Shown here: piece by piece, positions 18,329 through 26,195 of the stretch
Layout: each line of letters starts with the position of its first letter
Numbering within the stretch: the first letter of the stretch is position 1
Source: Eubacteriales bacterium
GTDB lineage: Bacteria; Bacillota; Clostridia; Oscillospirales; QAKW01
Reading direction: 5' to 3'
Length of the DNA: 64,000 nt
Assembly: GCA_045541555.1 (NCBI GenBank)
Contig: JAZQJH010000036.1
Location: 44,650-108,649 of the forward strand
Program-made: the position numbers and the translations under genes
Notes under the pieces: generated by a model
Seen by the model: the letters and a program-made list of their open reading frames with translations, nothing else
Told to the model about the DNA's origin: nothing
The model's database searches: none

Positions 18329-20557
18329 ATGAAAAAATTAATTTCTATTTTATTGTCCATCGTGTTGCTTCTTTCCTGCATTTCGACTGTGACCCTTGTG
18401 GCGAGTGCTGCTCCGGCAACCCTTGATGTTCCCGGCAACTACAGACTCGTGAATGAAAATGCTAATCTTGCTCTTTATATTGATAGCACTGCCGGTAATT
18501 TTGGCGTTATGAACGTCAAGACCGGTACGGTTTGGTATTCCAATCCGATTGATTGGGAAAGCGATACCTTTGCTCAGGGCGAGAGCCACGAAGAGCTTAC
18601 TACGAAGGTTGCAGTTGAGTACCTTACCGAGTCCTATTCGACCGGAACGGTTACTTCGCTGAAGGCTTCTACGATTACCGAGAAGCAGGGTAAAGATTGG
18701 ATTATGACCTTCTATTTTAAAGGAAATAATACCAACTTTACTATTCCGGTTAAGCTCGCTTTAAAAGAAGATTATCTTCATATGGAATTAATGATCGACC
18801 GCATCAAAGAGCTTGGGAATACTCGCGTTCTTTCTGTGAAACTGTTTCAGTTCTTTGGTGCAGCCGGTGTGAATGATACCGGTTATGGCCTGATCCCCGA
18901 TGGTTCCGGCTCTTTAATGGAGTTTAATCGCGGTGTACTGAATTCCTATGAGTTCGGTATTGATGGCGAGGGTCAGTTCTTTGCTCCGAACCCCACTGAA
19001 GCAGCGACCGATAAATATTTCACCAACTGGAACGAACCGCTTCGTCTGCCGGTGTTTGGTATGGTGAAGAATTCTGATGCATACCTCAGCATTGTAGAAA
19101 GCGGGGCTGCTGTGGCAGATCTTCACGCTTATATCAGTGGTTTTAAGAATAGTTACAATACTATGTTTACAACGATCCACGTTCGTGATACCCAAAAGCG
19201 TCGTAGCTCCACCGGTAAAGCCGGTAGTGGTTCTTACTATTCCGATTCTTTGCCCGAAAACTATATCGCAAGATATTACTTTATGAATGGCGAAGATGCG
19301 AATTACATCGGTATGGCAGAGAAGTACAGAGAGTACTTGATTAATGAGCAGGGGATGAAGAAGGTTGACGACTCTGTGTCTAATACGCTTGCAATCTCTC
19401 TTTATGGTGCAGTTAAGAAAGCTAAGCATTTTCTCGGTATTCCTTATACCGGTCAGGAAGCACTGACGACTTATAAAGAAGCTGAAGAGTTGATCGACCG
19501 TCTGAGCAATGATAAAGTTGATAAAGTTTTTGTCAATTATTTGGGTTGGGCTTCCGGTGGTTTAGAAACAACCATGGATCCGGAGATTTCCCCGAATTCC
19601 AAGCTGGGCGGAAAGAAAGCGCTCCAGAAATTGATCGATAAGGCAAATAGCGCAAACTATATGTTGAGTTTCGATATGGATCTGCAGGCTTTCTATGGCG
19701 GAAATTCTTCTGTCAAAAAGTTTAAGAATACTGCCTATGGTCTGGATTCTTTTCCTGTTGCGATCTACAGAGACAGAATTTATGCAGCTGGCGCAAAATC
19801 TACGTCCGACATTGTTTCTCAGTTGATCCATCCCGCCCATATGCCAGGCTATGCTAATGAATTTCTTAGCAATGCTTCTGCGAAGAATATTCATAATTAT
19901 TCCTTTAACTCAGTTGGCGATACCCTTTACTGTGCATACAATCTTCAGGATGTGATCACCCGTGACGGTTCTGAGGATGCGATGATTGAACTCTTTAGAG
20001 CAGCTGCTGAAAAGGCGGATGAAAACGGCGGTATTATTAATACCTTGGGTGGTAATGGTTATGCCATGTCTTATGTTGACAACGTCTTAGAAGCTCCTGT
20101 TTATGGTAGCCATAATAACATTGCGCTTCAGGAAGTGCCGTTCTATCAAATTGTTTTCCGCGGTTATGTGAACCTTGCAAGTACCCCTGTCAATCTGGAC
20201 TCTGAGCAGGATGATTTGATTTTGAAGTTGGCTGAGACCGGCATGAGCCTCTATTATCTCTTGATGGATGCAGAGTCTACTGCTTTCCAGGATACCAACT
20301 TTACTGCTTCTTATGCTTGCGAGTTGGACGATCATTATGATGATATGTTGACTCAGTACAATCGCATGAAGCCGCTTTACAATGCAGTTGGGAACAGTGA
20401 GATTACGAATTATCAGATTGTTTCCGATACTGTGAAGATCACAACCTTCAAAAATGGCGCAAAAGTGTATGTGAATTATGGCACAGCTGAAACGACCGTA
20501 GAGGGTGTTAAGATCGGTGCAAAAGACTTTACTGTGGTAGGAGGTGCAAATGCATGA
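18329..20557 (+). CDS. Secreted DUF5696-like protein
   Basis: Signal peptide; GYGLIPDGSGSLM, LPVFGM, GW..GG, VPFYQIVF.G, KGAKVYVNY motifs recalled for this family. Confidence 0.7.
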   Translation: MKKLISILLSIVLLLSCISTVTLVASAAPATLDVPGNYRLVNENANLALYIDSTAGNFGVMNVKTGTVWYSNPIDWESDTFAQGESHEELTTKVAVEYLTESYSTGTVTSLKASTITEKQGKDWIMTFYFKGNNTNFTIPVKLALKEDYLHMELMIDRIKELGNTRVLSVKLFQFFGAAGVNDTGYGLIPDGSGSLMEFNRGVLNSYEFGIDGEGQFFAPNPTEAATDKYFTNWNEPLRLPVFGMVKNSDAYLSIVESGAAVADLHAYISGFKNSYNTMFTTIHVRDTQKRRSSTGKAGSGSYYSDSLPENYIARYYFMNGEDANYIGMAEKYREYLINEQGMKKVDDSVSNTLAISLYGAVKKAKHFLGIPYTGQEALTTYKEAEELIDRLSNDKVDKVFVNYLGWASGGLETTMDPEISPNSKLGGKKALQKLIDKANSANYMLSFDMDLQAFYGGNSSVKKFKNTAYGLDSFPVAIYRDRIYAAGAKSTSDIVSQLIHPAHMPGYANEFLSNASAKNIHNYSFNSVGDTLYCAYNLQDVITRDGSEDAMIELFRAAAEKADENGGIINTLGGNGYAMSYVDNVLEAPVYGSHNNIALQEVPFYQIVFRGYVNLASTPVNLDSEQDDLILKLAETGMSLYYLLMDAESTAFQDTNFTASYACELDDHYDDMLTQYNRMKPLYNAVGNSEITNYQIVSDTVKITTFKNGAKVYVNYGTAETTVEGVKIGAKDFTVVGGANA

Positions 20558-21807
20558 GCAATCGAAATGAAGAATTGAAAGTTGACGCAATGGAAGCTCA
20601 GGCTGATGCAACCGAAGTTACCGAAGTGATTGAAATCGAGGAAGTTGCTGAACCTGAAAAGGTAGAGTATGACAAGCAGAAGATTGCTGCTGAGATCATG
20701 GCTCGGGATCCTGAGCATGCACGTGAGATCGTGAAGGCGCGTTTGGTACAGATGACTCCCGAGCAGATTGATGCGATGCGCGTTGCAAAGGCTGAAAAAG
20801 CTGCGGCTGCAGAAGCAGAGGCAGAAACTGCTCCCGTTGTAGAGACTCCTGTTGCGGCTGCTCCCGTAAAAGTGGCTAAGGTTGAAAAGGCAACGAAAAA
20901 GAAAAAGGAGAAAAAGAATAAGCGCGGTATTTCTTATGAATCCAAGCAAGCGTTTACCGGATTTATGTTTGTTTTGCCGTGGTTCCTTGGATTCCTTTTG
21001 TTCTTTGCTGCACCTTGCTTCCAGTCCTTGCAGTTTGCCTTCTCTAAGGTATCTGTTTTTGAGAACTACAAATGTACCTGGTATGGTCTTGGGAACTTTA
21101 AAGATCTCTTGACCAGTGGTGCCGCTTACTTGCAGGCCTTGCTGTCTACCTTGACTGATCTGGCGGTTAATGTGCCGGTCATTTTGATCTTCAGTTTGTT
21201 TGTGGCTGTATTGCTGAATCGTAAGTTTGTGGGTCGTGGCTTGGTTCGTGGCATCTTCTTCCTCCCGGTAATCGTTACTACCGGTGTGGTTATGTCCACC
21301 TTTAACGCCACCAGCGATGCGAATGCAGTTATGGAAGGTAACGTTGGTAACGGCGTTTTGTTCGAAGTTGCCAATGCTGCTGATTTCCTTGGCGAATTGG
21401 GCTTGAATGAAACCTTGACCAATTATATGTCGATGGTTGCGGACCGGATCTTTAACGTGGTTTGGGATTCCGGTATCCAGATTCTCTTGTTCCTTGCCGC
21501 TTTGCAGGGTATTTCTCCTTCGCTTTATGAGGCAAGTAACGTAGAAGGTGCTACCGCTTGGGAAACCTTCTGGTTGATTACGTTCCCCAACGTGGCTCCA
21601 ATCATTCTCGTTAATATCGTTTACACCATCGTTGATACCTTTGGTGATACTGAAAATGCAGTTTTGATTGAAATTGATAAGTACATCAACAGTACCTTTA
21701 ACTTTGGCGCAGCGGCGGCAGCATCCTGGATATTCTTCCTGGTTGTATTAATTATAATCGGTGTTATTTTCGGCATCTTCCAGTTGCTCGGAAAAACCAA
21801 CGATTAA
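20554..21807 (+). CDS. Carbohydrate ABC permease with ~120-aa charged N-terminal extension
   Basis: SLYEASNVEGATAWE EAA motif; TM helices begin only after ~residue 135. Confidence 0.88.
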   Translation: MSNRNEELKVDAMEAQADATEVTEVIEIEEVAEPEKVEYDKQKIAAEIMARDPEHAREIVKARLVQMTPEQIDAMRVAKAEKAAAAEAEAETAPVVETPVAAAPVKVAKVEKATKKKKEKKNKRGISYESKQAFTGFMFVLPWFLGFLLFFAAPCFQSLQFAFSKVSVFENYKCTWYGLGNFKDLLTSGAAYLQALLSTLTDLAVNVPVILIFSLFVAVLLNRKFVGRGLVRGIFFLPVIVTTGVVMSTFNATSDANAVMEGNVGNGVLFEVANAADFLGELGLNETLTNYMSMVADRIFNVVWDSGIQILLFLAALQGISPSLYEASNVEGATAWETFWLITFPNVAPIILVNIVYTIVDTFGDTENAVLIEIDKYINSTFNFGAAAAASWIFFLVVLIIIGVIFGIFQLLGKTND

Positions 21808-21824
21808 GAAAGGGGGGAAAGTAA

Positions 21825-22823
21825 ATGAAAATTGTTAAAGCATTCAAACACCAGTTTGGTGAAAACAGCAAGAAGGCCGACAAAAGAATGTGGGGCTATC
21901 TTGCTACTAAGTTTATTGGTAATCTTACAATTGCATTGATTCTGATTGGTCTTTCTTATATCATTCTCTACCCCTTGATCTACAGTATTTCTCAGGCTGT
22001 CCGTTCTCAGTTGGATATGTATGATACGACGATCATCTATATCCCCAAGCACTTCACTCTTGAGAACTTCAAGTTGGCTTGGCGCGTACTGGAGTTCCCC
22101 GCAGCGCTGTCTAATACGTTCCACCTTTCCATCTGGCCGACTCTTTTGCAGGTTTGCTCTTGTGCCTTGGCTGGTTATGGATTTGCACGGTTCAAATTTG
22201 TGGGTAAGAATCTTTTGTTCTTCCTGGTATTGCTGACGATCATCGTACCGCCCTCTACCATCATGGTTCCTCTGTATACGAATTTCCGTATGTTTGATCC
22301 TCTGTATATCGCAACTGCGATGCATTCCTTTGGATGGATCAAGGAGCCCTATCTGATTTTGACGGACTCCCTCTGGTGCTTCCTGCTTCCTGCTTTGCTG
22401 GCGGCAGGTTTGAAGAGCGGTTTGTTTGTGTTCGTTTACCGTCAGTTCTTTAGCGGTTTCCCCAAGGAATTGGAAGAGGCTGCTTACATCGATGGTTGCG
22501 GCGCCATGAAGACCTTCTTGCGCATCTTGGTTCCCAATGCAGCACCTGCATTCGTTACGGTGTTCTTGTTCTGTATCGTATGGTATTGGAACGATTACTA
22601 CACCATTCCGATGTTCGTACCGAATATGCAGACCCTGCCTGACGCATTGGGTAACATGTACTCCACGATGACCGGTGAAACGTTTAGAGGTGAAGATGCA
22701 ATTTCCCTCTATCCGATTCTGCGTGCCGGTATTATTCTGTATATCACTCCGCTGTTGATTACATTTATTCTATTGCAGAAGAAGTTTACGGAATCTATTG
22801 CACGAAGCGGTATCGTTGGTTAA
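21825..22823 (+). CDS. Carbohydrate ABC transporter permease
   Basis: ELEEAAYIDGCG EAA motif. Confidence 0.92.
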   Translation: MKIVKAFKHQFGENSKKADKRMWGYLATKFIGNLTIALILIGLSYIILYPLIYSISQAVRSQLDMYDTTIIYIPKHFTLENFKLAWRVLEFPAALSNTFHLSIWPTLLQVCSCALAGYGFARFKFVGKNLLFFLVLLTIIVPPSTIMVPLYTNFRMFDPLYIATAMHSFGWIKEPYLILTDSLWCFLLPALLAAGLKSGLFVFVYRQFFSGFPKELEEAAYIDGCGAMKTFLRILVPNAAPAFVTVFLFCIVWYWNDYYTIPMFVPNMQTLPDALGNMYSTMTGETFRGEDAISLYPILRAGIILYITPLLITFILLQKKFTESIARSGIVG

Positions 22824-22845
22824 TCATATTGATTATATGTACATT

Positions 22846-22882
22846 AATATCCCCTATGGTATCTACCATAGGGGATATTTTT
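22846..22882. terminator. Bidirectional terminator closing the import operon
   Basis: aatatcccctatggt-atct-accataggggatattttt. Confidence 0.9.
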
Positions 22883-22887
22883 CGTTT

Positions 22888-23052
22888 TTAGAAATTCATA
22901 TGCTCCACAAAATTACCGACTGCTTTAATGGCATTTCCGGCGGTTTTAGTCATGCACTTTTTGGGTTTACTTTTAAGCGCAAGCATGCTGGCAGTTGCTC
23001 CTAAGGCTGCGCCGGCAATCATGGAAAACATCATTGTTTTTGTTTGCTTCAT
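22888..23052 (-). CDS. Unannotated 54-aa membrane-anchored protein
   Basis: RBS AAAGGGA; MKQTKTMMFSMIAGAALGATASMLALKSKPKKCMTKTAGNAIKAVGNFVEHMNF; ends at the terminator. Confidence 0.75.
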   Translation of the reverse strand: MKQTKTMMFSMIAGAALGATASMLALKSKPKKCMTKTAGNAIKAVGNFVEHMNF

Positions 23053-23106
23053 TTTATCATCCCTTTCTCGTTAGTAATATTAGTATACCAAATGTGGTGT
23101 TTTATA

Positions 23107-23155
23107 TTTACATTTGACACGGAATATAGTATAATAAATCTGTATAATTGTCGAA
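23107..23155 (+). promoter_or_regulatory. SigA promoter with a downstream Spo0A-box-like heptamer
   Basis: TTTACA(23107)-17 bp-TATAAT(23130); TGTCGAA at 23149-23155. Confidence 0.5.
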
Positions 23156-23199
23156 ATTTTTGATCTTTGGAATTTTTTGTTTTATAATGAGGTTTTTAT

Positions 23200-25413
23200 A
23201 TGCGGATTTATCAGATGGAAAAAGAAGAAGTGGCCGCTTTGCTGAATACCGATCTTGAACGTGGAAAGGAACTTCATCCGATTCGTGAAAAAAAGAATGG
23301 ATGGAGAAATGTGACTTCTTTTTTTAGCGGTCTTTTTTCGTTGCTTAAAGGAAAGTTTTATTATGTAAACATCATATTGATGGTCAGCTATTTTATAGCA
23401 GGTGTTTTTTCGTGGCTGAACCACTCTTGGGGGTTGCTTTATCTGACGATAGCGGCCGTCGTATTGACTTTTTTGCTTTATATTTTAGAGGGGATACTAC
23501 TTCATATTTATAAAAAGAAATATCATGACCGGAGTATTTGTGATTCCCAAAAAGTACAAGCTCTCCGTTTTGGAAATACGGTTGAGCTTGAACCGGATGA
23601 ATTAGTGGTTGGTGATCTGATTTGTTTGCAGACGGGTACACTTCTTTATTGTGATGCGCGTATTATTGAGAGTAATGATCTTTTCTCTGAGGAAAAGACG
23701 GTCTTTGGAACGACAATTCCGCTTGAAAAGAATGCATCTTCCATTCAAGAAGAAAACATTCCTCCTGAAAAACAAAGAAATATGCTTTGGAAAGGAAGTT
23801 ATATTTCGAGCGGTAAAGGACTTGCGATTGTAACGGCGATTGGGGCTGAATGCTATATTGCTAAAACCGGCGGTCGTAAAAGCCGTAAGCAACGTTCTTT
23901 CTTCTATAATAGACAAAACAATATCGGGCATATTGCATCTTACGTTTATATTATTATCTGCGCATTGTGTTTGCTTATTGCAGCATTATTTACCAAGAAG
24001 TTTGTCGAGGCGTTCCTGCTGATGGGTGTGCTTTCTTCGTTGATGCTTCTTAATCCGGTTTCTTGCTTGATGGAGTGGACCTACTATCGCATTGCGGCGC
24101 GGTTTTATCAGCAAGGTATCTTAATTCGGAATATCGAAGCGTTTGATGGGATGAATAAAGAAAAGGAACTTTATTTTGACGCTGATAAACTGATTACGAA
24201 TCAGTTGCGCTATTCTCATACGATTGATTTCCAAGGAACAGAAAAAAGTACGGTTTCTTATTTTTCTCTTTGCATGGGCTCCGGTTATTTTGCGAATGAA
24301 TTGGGAAGTGTCCTTTCGAAATATGATCTTACTTATGAAAAGTTGGATCGTAGCTTTCCGGTGTTTCGACGTGAAACGGATGAGGAGGGGAATGTTTTTA
24401 GCCTCTTTTCCAAGTCGGGAAGCTCGGTGGTTGTGGCCGCCGGCTATTGGAAGAAAATGCTTCCTTTAGTTCAGGAATTGGGGGAGGAATTATTAGAGCA
24501 AATTCACGAGCTTGAACTTCATGGAAAAATGGTTTATATCATGGCCAGTGATTCCATGGATTTCATTCCCAATAAATTGGAGTTTTCTCGCTTTATGGGG
24601 AATATGGTTCTTTCATCGTTGGTGGTGTTTGACTTGCCCGTTAATCAAGAAGTTCTTGCGATGATTGGTCAGTTGCGCCATTCATCTATGAAGGTTCATT
24701 TGATTTCGGATTATTCCGAAGCACTTGGAAAAACCTTGGCAAGATCCTATGATATGGATGGTTTCTTGTCTCTGCCGCCCAATCGACCCTGCTACTCGAT
24801 TCCGCATTCGGACGGCAATTCTTTAGTGGTATATAAAGATCATTCTTCACCCATCGACCGGGATCAGGCGATGGTTGTGTTAGAAAACGGAGTTGCTGCT
24901 CAAAACTTGGTTTACAGAGTGAAATGTATGTTCTGCGGAATCAGAAGATGCCTAAATTTTCTTGCTATTTCTGGTGCTTTTTTGATCTTTACAGTAATGG
25001 CTCTTTTTTTGGCGAATGTGTCGATGGAAAAAATATTATTCCCTGTTTTGGCGTTGACTCCGGTATTGATTTGTCCTTGTTATTATTTAATTGAGAGCGT
25101 TAGAAACTGTAATCAATACAGACGGAGTTTAATATTGGGGATGTTTTGCGGTTCCGCCGGATTTGTCGCTGCGTTGATCGGATGCGATGCGGCGATTTTA
25201 GCGTTTGGTTTATCGACAGTTCTGCTTTCCGGATATTTCTTGTTTTCCGGTGCAAAGCATCGTGCTGTTACAAAAGGGAGCATCATCATTCTGGCGGTTG
25301 CTTTCGTAGTGGCGATCTTGCCGTTTGTCTTTATCGGTGTAAACTGGTTACCGGCGATTTTATTGTCCCTTTTTCCTGCACTGGGGGCTTTTGTTTTGGA
25401 TCTATTTTATTGA
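23200..25413 (+). CDS. Degenerate P-type (P2-like) ATPase homolog, catalytic motifs lost
   Basis: Actuator-domain similarity (DELVVGDLICL, DARIIES, NMLWKGSYISSGKGLAIVTAIG); TGES reads FGTT, DKTGT reads DADKL, no GDGxND. Confidence 0.8.
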   Translation: MRIYQMEKEEVAALLNTDLERGKELHPIREKKNGWRNVTSFFSGLFSLLKGKFYYVNIILMVSYFIAGVFSWLNHSWGLLYLTIAAVVLTFLLYILEGILLHIYKKKYHDRSICDSQKVQALRFGNTVELEPDELVVGDLICLQTGTLLYCDARIIESNDLFSEEKTVFGTTIPLEKNASSIQEENIPPEKQRNMLWKGSYISSGKGLAIVTAIGAECYIAKTGGRKSRKQRSFFYNRQNNIGHIASYVYIIICALCLLIAALFTKKFVEAFLLMGVLSSLMLLNPVSCLMEWTYYRIAARFYQQGILIRNIEAFDGMNKEKELYFDADKLITNQLRYSHTIDFQGTEKSTVSYFSLCMGSGYFANELGSVLSKYDLTYEKLDRSFPVFRRETDEEGNVFSLFSKSGSSVVVAAGYWKKMLPLVQELGEELLEQIHELELHGKMVYIMASDSMDFIPNKLEFSRFMGNMVLSSLVVFDLPVNQEVLAMIGQLRHSSMKVHLISDYSEALGKTLARSYDMDGFLSLPPNRPCYSIPHSDGNSLVVYKDHSSPIDRDQAMVVLENGVAAQNLVYRVKCMFCGIRRCLNFLAISGAFLIFTVMALFLANVSMEKILFPVLALTPVLICPCYYLIESVRNCNQYRRSLILGMFCGSAGFVAALIGCDAAILAFGLSTVLLSGYFLFSGAKHRAVTKGSIIILAVAFVVAILPFVFIGVNWLPAILLSLFPALGAFVLDLFY

Positions 25414-25428
25414 TCAAGGAGACTATGA

Positions 25429-26178
25429 ATGGAATTTGAAGAGAAAAAACAGTCTGAATTAGTTTTTGGTAAAAATAATGTAACGGAATTGCTGCTTTCC
25501 GATGCAACGGTTGAACGTATTTATCTTGCCGGCGATCCTAAAAGTAATAATTTTAAAAAGATCATTGCTCTTTGCAAAACCAAAGGGGTTCCTATTGTTC
25601 ATACCGACACCAATGCAATCAATCGCAAGGCGCCGAAGGTCAATCATCAAGGGGTGATTGCATATTGTGCCGAAAAGGAGTATGCAACTGTTGAGGATAT
25701 TCTAAAGGCTGCAGAAGAACGGGGAGAGGCTCCGTTTATTATTGTGGCCGATGAAATTGTTGATCCGCATAATTTGGGCGCAATTCTGCGTTCTGCAGAC
25801 GCATTTGGTGCGCATGGCGTGATTATTTCCAAGCGGCGTGCAGTCGGTTTGACTCCTTCGGTTGCAAAAGCCAGTGGTGGTGCAATCCACTATATTCCGG
25901 TGGCCAGAGTTGCAAATTTGGTGCAGACTATCGAGGATTTGAAAAAGAAGAATATATGGGTGTACGGATGCGATATGGCCGGAGAAAATGTCTATTATGA
26001 GCAGGATTATTCCGGTGGAGTTGCATTAATCGTGGGAAGCGAAGAATCGGGTATATCTCGTTTGCTGCGCGAACAATGCGACTTTTTTGTCAGAATTCCA
26101 ATGAAAGGGAAGATTTCCTGCTTGAACGCTTCCGTCGCAGCATCTGTTATTATGCAGGAGATTGCTAAAAATCGTTAA
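25429..26178 (+). CDS. rlmB: 23S rRNA (Gm2251) methyltransferase, TrmH/SpoU family
   Basis: NHQGVIA, DPHNLGAILRSA, VGSEESG, CLNASVAA. Confidence 0.92.
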   Translation: MEFEEKKQSELVFGKNNVTELLLSDATVERIYLAGDPKSNNFKKIIALCKTKGVPIVHTDTNAINRKAPKVNHQGVIAYCAEKEYATVEDILKAAEERGEAPFIIVADEIVDPHNLGAILRSADAFGAHGVIISKRRAVGLTPSVAKASGGAIHYIPVARVANLVQTIEDLKKKNIWVYGCDMAGENVYYEQDYSGGVALIVGSEESGISRLLREQCDFFVRIPMKGKISCLNASVAASVIMQEIAKNR

Positions 26179-26195
26179 TTGAGTGAGGATAAAGA

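Noticed and set aside
4441-22325. Long antisense ORFs (e.g. 4441-5748, 11155-11817, 11893-13152, 13717-14313, and plus-strand ORFs inside hppA)
   Set aside because: They lie opposite well-supported genes, have no RBS or recognisable motifs, and are expected shadows of biased codon usage
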